Shown here in pieces: positions 49,533-62,586 of a stretch of DNA of 64,000 nt. Position numbers and translations under genes: made by a program. Below the pieces are notes generated by a model. The model made no database searches. It worked only from the letters and a program-made list of their open reading frames with translations, and was not told the DNA's origin. Numbering within the stretch: the stretch's first letter is position 1; each line of letters begins with the position of its first letter. The DNA comes from Malacoraja senta (taxonomy: Eukaryota), in contig CM075997.1 in the NCBI GenBank assembly GCA_038087875.1, positions 5,272,001-5,336,000 of the forward strand, read 5' to 3'.

Positions 49533-50610
49533 ACTTGCACCTCCTCTAACCTCATCTACTGTATCCGTTGTTTTAGCTGTGGACTCTTATACATCGGTGA
49601 GACCAAACGCACACTGGGCGATCGTTCTGCTGAACACCTTCGCTCTGCCCGCCTGAACCAACCTGATCTCCCAGTTGCTAAACACTTTAATTCTCCTTCC
49701 CATTCCTACACTGACCTTTCTGTCCTCAGTCTCCTCCATTGTCAGAGTGAGGCTAAACGCAAATTGGAGGAACAGCATCTCATATTTCGCTTGGGCAGCT
49801 TACAGCCCAGTGGTATGAATATTGATTTCTCTCACTTCAGGTAGCCCCGGCATTCCCTCTCTCTCCATCTCTCCCCCACCCAAGTCGCACCAGCTTCTCG
49901 TTCTCACCCAACAAACAGCTGACAATGGCCTGTTTCCTTTAGCATATTTACCTTTTTTCATATCTTTTATATATTGTTCTTTATCTCTCTACATCATCGT
50001 CATTAACTCTCGTTTGTTTTATCCCTAACCAGTCTGAAGAAGAGTCCCGACCCGAAACATCACCCATTCCTTCTCTCCAGAGATGCTGCCTGTCCCGCTG
50101 CGTTACTCCAGTTTTTTGTGTCTATCTTAAGTAAACTTTGGTAAATCCATGTTGCCCGTCATCCGTTATACAGTCCATCTTAACCAACCTGATCACCCGG
50201 TTACTCAACACTTCAACCCCCCTCCCATTCCCACTCTGACCTTTCTGTCCTGGGCCTCCTCCACTGTCAGAGTGAGGCCCAGCACAAATTGGAGGAGCAG
50301 CACCTCATATTTCGCTTGGGTAGTTTACACCCCAGCGGTATGAACATTGACTTCTCTAATTTTAGATAGCCCTTGCTTTCTCCCTCCTTCCCCTCCCCCT
50401 TCCCAGTTCTCCCACAGGTCCTACTGTCTCCACGTACTTTCTTTCTTTTTCCTGCCCCCCCCCCACCCCCCCGACAGTCTGAAGAAGGGTCTCAACCCGA
50501 AACATTGCCAATTCCTTCTCTCCATAGATGCTGCCTCACCTGCTGAATTTCTGCAGTATTTTTTGTCTACCTTTGATTTTTCCAGCATCTGCTGTTCCTT
50601 CTTAAACATC
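49533..50610 (+). mobile_element. Two tandem Penelope-like 3' fragments (49533-50128; ~50175-50610)
   Basis: TCTSSNLIYCIRCFSCGLLYIGETKR; each is followed by a ctgaagaag..ccgaaac terminal repeat. Confidence 0.88.
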
Positions 50611-50630
50611 CGTTATACTTCAACTGGTAC

Positions 50631-50764
50631 CTTGAGCAGCTCTTTCAAATAAGGAAACCAGTTCATCATTTGTCTGTGTCGCAACTGAACTGAGATGGCC
50701 CTCCATCAGTTTGCACACCATGTCAGCCATGAGAAACTCGTCCATTGCTGGCTGTGTTTCATTG
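50631..50764 (-). CDS. Candidate host-gene exon (unidentified), 134 nt, phase 2-1
   Basis: TAG|...AAG|GTACCA; NETQPAMDEFLMADMVCKLMEGHLSSVATQTNDELVSLFERAAQ; the acceptor abuts a CR1 tail. Confidence 0.25.
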
Positions 50765-51654
50765 CTAGTGAAAACATAGAAACATAGAAAATAGGTGCAG
50801 GAGGAGGCCATTTGACCCTTCGAGCCATTGTGATCATGGATGATCGTCCCCAATCAATAACCCGTGCCTGCCTTCTCCCCATATCCCATGATTCCACTAG
50901 CCCCTAGAGCTCTATCTAACTCTTAAATCCATCCAGTGATTTGGCCTCCACTGCCCTCTGTGGCAGGGAATTCCACAAATTCACAACTCTCCGGGTGAAA
51001 AAGTTTTTTATCACCTCAGTCTTAAATGGCCTCCCCTTTATTCTAAGACTGTGGCCCCTGGTTCTGGACTCGCCCAACATTGGGAACATTTTTCCTGCAT
51101 CTAGCTTGTCCAGTCCTTTTATAATTTTATATGTTTCCATAAGATCCCCCCTACAATGAGTGCCAAGGTGTTCAGAGGGACTGTCTGCGTTTCAGCGCAG
51201 TTTCACTGGGCCTGGCTTTCAGTGGGACTACTGAAATTAGTTCTCCTGTGCAACTCGTATGTTTGCCTTTCCGTCCCAGACGATTCCGCATTTAGGGAGA
51301 AACTACATGGATAGGACAGGTTTGGAGGGATATGGACCAAACGCAGGCAGATGGGACTAGTGTAGCTGGGACTTGTTGGCTGGTGTGGGCAAGTTGGGCC
51401 GAAGGGCCTGTTTCCACACGATATTACTCTATTACTCTCCATCCCCAGTCACGTTGTTTGCAGTTTAATGCTTAGTTTAGTTTAGATATACAGCGCGGAA
51501 ACAGGCCCTTCCTCAGCGGGTCAAAAAACCATTGACCAGATTGTGACTGTTTGTGATTTATGTTTCCTATCTCCAATTAATTTTAATTAATTAACACAAG
51601 GAAATACTTACGTGTGGCGGCATTTTTCACCATCACATGTTTTTAGCGCAGTTT

Positions 51655-52285
51655 AGTTTAGTTTTGTTTAATTACATTGCGTGGAAACAGGCCCTTCATC
51701 CCACATGGTCCATGCCAACCAATAATCACCCCGTACGCTAACATTATCCTACACACACTACGGACAATTTACAATTATACCAAGCCAATTAGCCTACGAA
51801 CATGTATCTCTTTGGAGTGTGGGAGGAAACCGGAGATCCCGGAGAAAACCCACGCAGGTCACGGGGAGAACGTGCAAACTCCGTACAGACAGCACCCGTA
51901 GTCAGGATGGAACCCGGGTCTCTGGCGCTGTGAGGCAGCAACTCTACCGCCGAGCCACCGTGCTGCCATTTTCTGAGTGTCAAATGATGCAACAATATTA
52001 CTGCAGCACAGGGGCCTCACAGCGCCAGAGGCCCGGCTTCGACCCTGACCACGGGCGCTGATTGTACAGAGTTTGTACGTTCTCCCCGTGACCTGCGTGG
52101 GTTTTCTCCGGGATCTCCGGTTTCCTCTCGCACACCAAAGACGTACAAGTTGGTAAGTTGATTGGCTTGGTAAAATCGTAAATTGTCCCTAGTGTGCGTA
52201 GGATAGTGTTAGTGTGCGGGGATCGCTGGTCGGCACGGACTCGGTGGGCCGAAGGGCCTGATTGCACGCTGTATCTCGAAACTAA
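51655..52285. mobile_element. Divergent pair of V-SINEs (51655-51965 -, ~52010-52285 +)
   Basis: Two near-complete copies in inverted orientation, about 45 bp apart. Confidence 0.88.
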
Positions 52286-53089
52286 TCACAGCCTGAAATA
52301 AAAAATAAATTGCATAGCTATGTCTCGATCTGTGTTCATTATTTGATAGTCCATGGCTGCGTTATAGTTTGAGGTTATTGGATAGTCTAACTTGTTGTGA
52401 CATTAAGTGTGAGGAGACAGTCCTGATCTTGCTGAATCTGGCAGCAGGAAGTCAAGTAAATGCAACTCCGCCAACATTAGTTGATCATAAATTTGGATAG
52501 GTATCAGTCAGGAAGACCTGGATGCAAGTCAGCCACTAATAGGTTTCAGACAAAAGCATAAAACGGCATCTGTTAAACCATTTAATGTGATATATTGACC
52601 TAAATGTACAGACAACTCATTTCTAAAAAAAATGAATTTCCAGCATAGAAATTGGCCACCCACACACGATAATCGTACGGGATTTTACAGAGTTGATGCA
52701 GAGAGGAGGTTTGTCCTGTCTATAGCATAGAACATAGAACACAGAGCAGGAACAGGCCCTTTGGCCCATAAAATGTACAGGAAGGAACTGCAGATGCTGG
52801 TTTACACCGAAGATGTCTGGAGAAGCGGTTTGACCCGAAACGTCACCTATTCCTTTTCTCCAGAGTAGCTGCCTGACACACTGAGTTACTCCAGCACTAC
52901 TTACTTTGTGTCTACCTTCTGGACAAAGACCAGAATTCAAGAGTGTTTTATTGTCATATGTCCCAGATAGAACAATGATATTCTTTCTTGCAGCAGCACA
53001 ACACAATATGTAAACATAGGACACTGTAAACAGTATAATAAACGAGAGAGGAAAAAAAAACTCCAGTGTGTGTATTTTAACAAAACAAA

Positions 53090-53183
53090 AAAATATATAC
53101 ATGTATACACACATTCATACATGTATATATACATAATATATGTATATATATGGGCACATGTATATGTATACATATATATAACA

Positions 53184-53214
<31 letters not shown>

Positions 53215-53337
53215 AACACACAGACACACACGCAAACACATCTACACACACTCATACACACACACACACACACACGCACATGCTCACACACGCACACACA
53301 GACACACACACACACACACACACACGCACATGCTCAC

Positions 53338-53421
<84 letters not shown>

Positions 53422-53885
53422 ACACACACACAGACACACACCCATACATTCACACACCCACCCACACACACTCACACACACACATGCACACGGACACACC
53501 CACACACACACACACACACACACACTCACTCACACCCACACACACACAAACACACACACACAGGCACATGCACACAGACACACATGCACACACATGCACA
53601 CACACACACGCACGCACACGCGCACACACACACACAGACACACACCCATACATTCACACACCCACCCACACACACTCACACACACACATGCACACAGACA
53701 CACACGCACACACCCACATGCACACACACATACGCACACACACACATGCACACACACACACGCACACACACGCACACACACACACACACACACACACGCA
53801 CGCACACGCGCACACACACACACACATGCACACAGACACACACGCACACACCCACATGCACACACACATACGCACACACACACAT

Positions 53886-53929
<44 letters not shown>

Positions 53930-53965
53930 ACCCACAGGCACATGCACAGACACACACGCACACGC

Positions 53966-54002
<37 letters not shown>

Positions 54003-54010
54003 AACAAACA
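53090..54010 (+). repeat. Compound (TA)n/(CA)n microsatellite with higher-order internal repeats
   Basis: About 0.9 kb; the block cagacacacacccatacattcacacacccacccac recurs near 53431 and 53635. Confidence 0.98.
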
Positions 54011-54223
54011 ATAAGAGTGTAAGAGGTCACAACCAAGTCTCCCAAGTCCATGTGGTTCAGAGCTTGAGAGCTTATTTAGAGGTGATAGGTTAGTGCAGGT
54101 GATGAGGGGTTTTCGACAGGCAGACTGCTGGAAACCGCTAGAGATGAACAGACAGAATTTGTGAGTCTTTATGATGCTGGAGATGGGAGAAGGGGCTGTC
54201 ACTGGGCGGCGAGGACTCCTTAC

Positions 54224-54281
54224 CACAGAAACAAGCCGGGAGACGGAGGCAATGGAAGAAGAGCTCTACGATGAATGTCAG
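54224..54281 (-). CDS. Candidate host-gene exon (unidentified), 58 nt
   Basis: Pyrimidine tract, AAG|...GTG|GTAAGG; DIHRRALLPLPPSPGLFL; phase 2 matches the 50764 candidate. Confidence 0.22.
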
Positions 54282-54544
54282 CTTCGGAATCAGAGATGGG
54301 AACAACATACAGAGCAAGGAAAATCAGATTCACAGAGATAGCATGGGACTTATGATTTAAACACTACCCAAATATCAGTGGATATTTTTAAGGCAGAGAT
54401 AGACAGATTCTTGATTAGTACGGGTGTCAGGGGTTATGGGGTGAAGGCTGGAGAATGGGCTTAGGAGGGAGAGATAGATCAGCCATGATTGAATGGCGGA
54501 GTAGACTTGATGGGCCGAATGGCCAAAGGAACTTCATAAGGTCA

Positions 54545-56072
54545 CATTGGCGCAGCGGTAGAGTTGCTGCCTCACAGCACCAGGGACCTGGGTTCGACCC
54601 CGACTACGGGTGCTGTCTGTACGGAGTTTGAACGTTCTCCAGGTGACCTGCGTGGGTTTTCTCCAGGTGCTCTGATTTCCTCCCACACTCCAAAGACGTA
54701 CAGGTTTGTAGGTTAATTGGCTTGATATAAATGTAAATTGTCCCTAGTGCGTGTAGGATAGTGTTCATGCGCGGAGATTGCTGATCGGTGCACACTCGGT
54801 GGGCCAAGGTGCCTGTTTCCACGCTGTATCTCAAAACTATACTAAATTACATTTACTAACTGCGAAGGGACTGCCATTGGGATGGCTGAAGGAGCCATGT
54901 AGTTAGAGCAGTGACCTAACTTGGTCTTCAGCAAGTGAACAGCTACTGTAAACAAAGAGGTTAGCAGAATGCTGGCTGCAAGGAAGGCAGACAGGCAGGA
55001 GCCTGCCAGCACTTGCACTGATCTGGTCGCTGACACCAAATGAAATGCGCTGGAGATTTTTTGAGATAGACACAAAATGCTGGAGTAACTCAGTGGGACA
55101 GGCAGCATCTCTGGAGAGAAGGAATGGGTGACGTATCAGGTCGAGACCCCTCTTCAGACTGAACAAGGGTCTCGACCCGAAACGTCACCCATTCCTTCTC
55201 TCCAGAGATGCTGCCTGTCCCGCTGAGTTACTCCAGCATTTTGTGTCTATCTTCGGTTTATACCAGCATCTGCAGTTCTTTCCTACACACTGGAGATTTT
55301 TGAGAGTCGGGAGTTCTGGAGACTCCAGCGCAGTTTTCCCATCCTCCACGGACACTGATCTGCTGTCGGAATGATTGACGAGCACAAACGCCCCAATCTT
55401 AGTTGTTTAGTTTAGTTCAGAGATACAGCGTGGAAACAGACCCTTCGGCCCATCGGGACCGCACCGACCAGCGATCCCCGCACACTATCCGACGCACGCG
55501 AGGGACAATTATACCAAGTGTACAAACCCAAGCCAATTAAACCTACAAACCTGTAGTGTGGGAGGAAACCGAAGATTAAGGAGAAAACCCACGCAGGTCA
55601 CGGGGAGAACGTACAAACTCCGTACAGACAGCACCCGTAGTCGGGATTGAACCCGGGTCTCTGGCGTTGAAAGCGCTCTAAGGCAGCAACTCTACCGCTG
55701 AGCCACCATGCCCTTGTTTGAAGAGGGGAGAAGGGTAAAGAGAGGAGGGCCGTTAATTCTTCTTAACACACATAGGGGTGGTACAGTGGCACAGTGGTAG
55801 AGTTGCTGCCTCACAGCACCAGAGAAACCTGGGTTTGATCCTGACCACGGGTGCTGTCTGTTTGGAGTATGTACGTTCATCCCATGACTGCGTGGGTTCT
55901 CTCCTGGTGCTCCGGTTTCCTCCCACATTCCAAAGACGTGCAGGTTTGTAGGTTCATTGGCTTCTGCAAATTGTCCCTAGTGTGTGGGATAGAACTAGTG
56001 AATGGACAACTGGTGATTGGTGCCGCCTTGGTGGGCCGAAGGGCCTGTTTCCGCGCAGTATCTCTAAAACTA
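54545..56072. mobile_element. Three V-SINEs (54545-54845 +, 55405-55712 -, 55780-56072 +) and a Penelope fold-back (55065-55290)
   Basis: Match the consensus of other copies in the window. Confidence 0.85.
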
Positions 56073-58775
56073 AGACTTCTAGTGATGAGGCTGCAGGGAA
56101 CAATACACTGACAAATGTTAAAAGTTTAATAAGGAAAGCCAGCGAGAATTATATTCCCGATGGGATTTCTATGAGGCAATACTACACCAAGATAAAGGGA
56201 GAAGTTGAGTTGGCTCGGACTTTATTCCTTGGAATGCAGGTGATGTTATAGTTGTGCAAAACGCTGGTGGGGCTGCATTTGGAGTATTATCTTTTGTTTT
56301 GTTCACCCTACTGTGGGAAGGATGTTATTAAGCTGGAAACTTTGAAAACTTCTGGCAAAGAAGATTTACAAGATGTTGCCAGGACTTCAGGGAGAGATAG
56401 GGCATGCTAGGCCTATATTCCTTGGAGCACAGGTGGATGAGGGATGATTATATAGAGGTGTATAAGATCATGATGGGAATAGATAATCAAGAACCAGAGG
56501 ACATAGGTTTAACGTGAGAGGGGAAATGGTTAATTGGAAGGGGAGGAGCAGCCTTTTTCACACAGTGGGTGGTGGGTCTATGGAACAAGCTGCCAGAGAA
56601 GGTGATTGAGGCAGATACTATAACAACATTTAAAAGACATTTGGACAGGTACGTGGATAGGAAAGGTTTAGAAGGATATCGTCAAACACAGGTGGGTGGG
56701 ACTAGTGTTGATGGGACATCTTGGTCAGCATGAGTACGTTGGGCCGAAGGGCCTGTTTCCGTGCTTTATGACTATGATTCTATGGGCATATGGGACTAGC
56801 TTAATTTGGGCGACTTGGCCGGCATGGGCAAGTTGGGCCGAAGGGACTGTTTCCTGGGTCATTTGTGTGACTCAATGACAAAGCAACTCTGTCAAGTTCA
56901 TTACAATTACGACTTTGGAAAGACACTTGGACAGCGACATGGATGGGAAATGTTTAGAGAGATATGGATCAAACGCAGGCAGATGAGAGGGGCTTAGATG
57001 AGCACATTGGACAGCAGGGACAAGTCGGGGTGAAGGGCCAGTTCCCGTGCTGTATGACTCCAGGACTCTATGACTTCAGGCCTTCAGTAAATTATAGCCT
57101 TGAAACATCTTGGCCTATTTCCTTTGCCCCATTCTCCTCTTTATTTATGGGGATCATTGAAAGGAACATTAACAAAATAATAGCTGGTTTATCTCCAATA
57201 ATGTCCTGGGCTGTAAATCTGTATGTGACCTGAGTCCAGTTATGTCGTGTGTTAGACCTGACAACGAGATTCCTATCTGATTTTTGCTGCTTCACAAAAT
57301 CATCGTACCTTAGGCCATCAGAAAGAAAGAAGCCAATTGCTCATAAGTCATGTCATTAAGGTGAAGATTGATAGATTTGTGGTTAGTATGGGTGTCAGGG
57401 GTTATGGGGAGAAGGCAGGAGAATGGGGTTGAGAGGGAAAGATAGATCAGCCATAATTGAATGGCGGAGTAGACTTGATGGGCCGAATGGCCCAATTCTG
57501 CTCCTAGAACTTATGAACAGAATGCCAAGTTAAACTAATCTCCTCAGCTTGTATCATAAGGTTATAAGTGTAGGAACAGAATTAGGCCATTCGGCCCATC
57601 AAGTCTACTCTGCCATTCAATCATGGCCGATCTATCTTTCCCACTCAACCCCATTCTCCGGCCTTCACCCCATAACTCCTGCGGGAAAGATAATCAAGAA
57701 TCTATTTATCTCTGCCTTAAAAATATCCAATGACTTGGCCTCCTTAGCCTTCTGTGGCAAATAATTCTACAGATTCACCACACTCTAGACTAAAAAAAAT
57801 TATCTTCCTTCCTAAAGGAACATTCTTTAATTCTGAGGCTATGACCTCTAGTCCCAGACTCTCCCACTCGTGGAAGCATCCTCTCCACATCCACTCTATC
57901 CGAGCCTTTCACTAGTCGGTAAGTTTCATTGTGGTCCCCGCTCATCATTCTACACTCCAGCGAGTACAGGCCCAGTGCCGACAAACGCTCATCATATGAT
58001 ATATGATCCTCCATCAACTATTGAACAATGACATCAGTCACATTTCCCAACTCTCTTCCCGTTGCCCCCAACATCAAGTACCTTTCCTGCTCCCTTCTGA
58101 AAGTTAGATACAAAATGCCAGAGTAACTCAGCGGGTCAAGAGTCAAGAGTCAAGGGTGTTTTATTGTCATGTGTCCCAGATAGAACTATGACATTCTTAC
58201 TTGCTGCAGCACAACACAATATGGTCAGGAGACTAAGTGTTAAAGAAGGAACTGCAGATGCTGGAAAATCGAAGCGGCCCGAAACGTTGCCTATTTCCTT
58301 CGCTCCATAGATGCTGCTGCACCCGCTGAGTTTCTCCAGCATTTTTGTGTACCCATGGTCAGGAGACTATATTTCTCTGGAGAAAGGGAATAGTAGTGGA
58401 CTCTCTACCACAGTCACATGTATTTCCTTGCTGCTTGCCTTTCATTGTTTTGTTCGATATCTCTCTATATCGCCATCTATATAATAATTTGTAACATTCT
58501 AAGTGCCCTTTATGTGATGATTATTTGCATACCTTGTGTATGCAAGCAAAGAATTTTCACTGTGACTTGTCACATGAGACAATAAGGTATTCATCAAGTA
58601 TTCACTCATTCATTCATTCATTCATTCATTCATTCATTCATTCATTCATTCAATCATATATCTCTCATGTCCCTTATCCCTGACTCTCAGTCTGAAGAAG
58701 GGTCTGAAGAAGGGTCTTGACATGAAACGTCACCCATTCCTTTTCTCCACAGATGCTGCCTGTCCCACTGAGTTA

Positions 58776-59106
58776 AAGCCCTGTCCCACGGTACGAGTTC
58801 ATTCCAAGAGCTTTCCCGAGTTTAAAAAAAAATCGAACTCGTGGTAAGCACGGAGAATGAACGTAGCGGGTACGTCGGAGCTCGGGGACGTCTCTTAGCG
58901 GCTCGTAACGCTAACGACAGGTACTCGGGAAGACTCGCTAACAGCAAGTAAGCACGGGAAGACTCGTGAAGATTTTTCAACATGTTGAAAAATGTCCACG
59001 AGAGCCCCGAGTACCGACGAGTGGCCATTACCGTAAATCTCCGAGTTCGAATCAGGGCAAACTCGGGAGAGCTCTTGGAATGAACTCGTACCGTGGGACA
59101 GGGCTA
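58776..59106. mobile_element. PIF/Harbinger-type MITE (~331 bp)
   Basis: About 48-bp TIR agccctgtcccacggtacgagttcattccaagagct...; TSD TTA inside the Penelope repeat ctgag-tta-ctccagc. Confidence 0.9.
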
Positions 59107-59404
59107 TTACTCCAGCTTTTTGTATCTATCTTGGGAGGGGACCAGCATCTGCAGTTCCTCCCTTCTGAAAGAAAATGTAGACTCGGTGATCGTTTCTCTG
59201 AACACATGCCCTGGGTCATCCAAAGCTGCCTTTATCTCCAGATTGCCAACTATTTTCTTCCCTTCCATTCCCTTCCTGTCCTGGGCCTCCTGCATAGACA
59301 GAGTGAGGCCACACACACATTTTGATTGGTACCTTACAACCTAATGGTATGAACATTGAGTTCTCCAATTAAAAAACAAAACAACCAACCCCCCACCTCC
59401 TTTT

Positions 59405-60198
59405 AGACAATAGACAATAGACAATAGGTGCAGGAGTAGGCCATTCTGCGGTCCTAGCGCCGAACCTTGCGGTACCCCACTAGTCACTGCCTGCCATTCT
59501 GAAAGGAACCCGTTCATCCCTACTCTCTGTTTCCTGTCTGCCAACCACTTCTCTATCCATGTCAGTACCCTACCCCCAATACCATGTGCTCTAATTTTGC
59601 CCACTAATCTCCTATGTGGGACCTTATCAAATGCTTTCTGAAAGTCCAGGTACACTACATCCACTGGCTCCCCCTTGTCCATTTTCCTAGTTACATCCTC
59701 AAAAAATTCCAGAAGATTAGTCAAGCATGATTTCCCATGATTGTAAATCCATGCTGACTCGGACCGACCCTGTTACTGCTATCCAAATATGCCGCTTTCA
59801 TCTTTTATAATTAACTCCAGCATCTTCCCCACCACCGATGTCAGGCTAACTGGTCTATAATTCCCTGTTTTCTCTCTCCCGCCTTTCTTAAAAAGTGGGA
59901 TAACATTTGCTACCCTCCAATCCACAGGAACTGATTCTGAATCTATCGAACATTATCACCACTGCATCCACTATTTCTAGAGCCACTTCCTTAAGTACCC
60001 TGGGATGCAGACCATCAGGCCCTGGGGATTTATCAGCCTTCAGACCCATCAGTCTACCCAACACCATTTCCTGCCTAATGTGGATTTCCTTCAGTTCCTC
60101 CGTCACCCCAGATCCTCTGGCCACTAGTATATCAGGAAGATTGTTTGTGTCCTCCTTAGTGAAGACGGATCCAAAGTACCTGTTCAACATCTGCCATT
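59405..60198 (-). mobile_element. CR1 RT fragment with internal deletion to the 3' tail
   Basis: TNLLEFFE..YLDFQKAFDKVPH..GVPQGSALGP, then directly the (CTATTGT)n tail. Confidence 0.9.
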
Positions 60199-60869
60199 TC
60201 CATTATTTTTATTATTATTTTATCCTTCCCCCCACCCCACCTGAACTCACACCTATTTCCACCCTTCTCCATCTCCTTCCACCTATGTTCCTTCCTCTGG
60301 CTTCACAATCCCCACCTCGTCTATCCTTGTCTTAAGCCTTTTGTCTTTTCACCCTGGCCTTTGTCCAACCTTCTGCCTATTAACCCCCCCCCCCCCACTC
60401 ACCTGTATCCACTCGGCAGGCTTTATCCTAACCCTCCTCTCTTCTCGCTTTCTCCCGCCCCTCCCCATTCACCACAATCAGTCTGAAGAAGGGTCCCAAC
60501 CCAAAACATCACCCAGCCATGTTCTCCAGAGATGCTGCCTGACCCGCTGAGTTACCCCAGCACTTTGTGTCCCTTCTGAAAGCCCTCTGTTTCCACCTCA
60601 CCTCAGGCAAGGAGATTCAGATCAAAACTAGTCTCTTTGTAAAACCATTTTAGTTCGCATTCCCCCTTGTCTCGTGACCATAGTCTATATCATCATCGAA
60701 TCATTCTTTGCATGCAGCGGGAGAGTTTCTGCCTTACAGAGCCAGAGACCCGGGTTTGATCCTGGCTATGGGTGCTGTCTGTACGGAGTTTGTACTTTCT
60801 CCACGTGACCTGCGTGGGTTTTCTCCGAGTGCTCCGGTTTCCTCGATTTGTAGGTTAATTGGCTTGTTA

Positions 60870-61910
60870 TACGTGCCGTTTTGGCTGCGTTTTGGGGCCA
60901 CACAAACAAACAAACAAACAAGATGAGAGTTTTAGTAATGTACTAGACTAAGTGGGATCCATTGGGTCCCTGTCACACGGGACGTCTGGTCCCCCAACGC
61001 AATATTCCACCACTCACCCATAGCCCCCAACTGCGCAGGCATGGCTGACGGGTTCCTGTTGTGACGCCAGAGATCACCGTTGTGACGTGAGTCACGGCAA
61101 CCCTCCCCAACTGCGCATCGCCATCCCTCTTCCTACCCCCATCCTCCTCCATTCCCCCTCATCCCCAGCACACCCTTCCCCTCCTCTTCACCCTCCCTCT
61201 TCTTTCCCCTCTCTTCCTCCCGTCCCCCACTCCCTCCTTCAACTCTCCTTTCCCCTACCCTAAGTCACTCCCTCCCTCCCTCCATAACCCCTCTCCCCTC
61301 CCTACCCCCCTTGACATAATTGTGAGGTGGAACGCTGCTGTGTTTTTTAAAACAGAGTTTTCAGATCCCATTGCGATGTCATTGTGGGGTGGAACACTGC
61401 TGATGGCAGGGCAAGTGAAAATAAAGTGTTTTTGTAAAGCTTAAAATGTTAATAACTTGTAAAATATACCATGAATATGAATGAAACTTGTTTAATTGAC
61501 ATCACAGGAAAATGGTGAGTAAGGTGGTGCAAATATTGTAGCGCTATCGTGTACCATTTTTGCGCAAATATAGGTACGTACAAATATAGAAATTTGGAAA
61601 TATAGAAACAAGATGAGAGTTTTAATAATATACTAGACCAAGTGGGACCCGTTGGGTCCCGTCCCCTCAACGTTGCGAGGGGGGAGGGGGCGGCCTGCGG
61701 CGTCTCACACACACATTAGCCACCCCCCACACACACACTAACCCCCCCCTGAAATTATATTAGTATTATTAATTTGCTCCTTTTCCCCCATCCCCCGCCC
61801 TATCCATCCACGCATAGCCCCCAACTGCGCAGGCGCGGCTAGAGAGCGAGAGGGAGGGGGGTAGATAGGGAGGAGGACAGAGGGGGGGCAGAGAGGGAGG
61901 GGGGCAGAGA
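60870..61910 (-). mobile_element. Head-to-tail non-autonomous Helitron array (one 690-bp unit, 60943-61632, plus partial flanking units)
   Basis: On the minus strand, a GGGACCC-N3-GG(G/A)TCCC hairpin lies 7 nt before a terminal CTAG (61633-61660 and 60943-60970); each CTAG is followed by the same TA(T/C)ATTA(T/C)TAAAACTCTCATCTTGTTT start. Confidence 0.72.
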
Positions 61911-62117
61911 GGATTAGATGTTGACAATTTATTTTTGGTATTAGTAGTTCGTGGCTTAGTTCAATGATTTCAATAGTTAATGATCAATGGTGCTCTATTG
62001 CCACGTGTGCAAACGCAAATTGAAATCGAAGATAGACACAAAAAGCTGGAGTAACTCAGTGGGACTGGCAGCATCTCTGGAGAGAAGGAATGGGTGACGT
62101 TTCCGGTCGAGACATCT

Positions 62118-62586
62118 TCGGGATGGCGGGACTGTCATATGCTGAGAAAATGGAGCGGCTGGGCTTGTACACTCTGGAGTTTAGAAGGATGAGAGGGCAT
62201 CTTATTGAAACATATAAGATTGTTAAGGGTTTGGACCTTATGCTAGAGGCAGGAAACATGTTCCCGATGTTGGGGGAATCCAGATCCAGGGGCCACAGTT
62301 TAAGAATAAGGGGTAAGCCATTTAGAACGGAGACGAGGAAACACTTTTTCTCACAGTTGTGAGTGTAGAATTCTCTGCCTCAGAGGACGGTGGAGGCTGG
62401 TTCTCTGGATACTTTCAAGAGAGAGCTAGATAGGGCTCTTAAAGATAGCGGATGCAGTGGATATGGGGAGAAGGCAGGAACGGGGTACTGATTGGGGATG
62501 ATCAGCCATGATCACATTGAATGGCGGTGCTGGCTCGAAGGGCCAAATGGCGTACTCCTGCACCTATTGTCTATTGTTTATTGTCT
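62118..62586 (+). mobile_element. CR1 LINE 3' fragment
   Basis: Encodes GMAGLSYAEKMERLGLYTLE..; tail present. Confidence 0.9.

Noticed and set aside
52937..54226. Long His/Thr and Cys/Val ORFs (up to 314 aa)
   Set aside because: They are translations of the (CA)n microsatellite.
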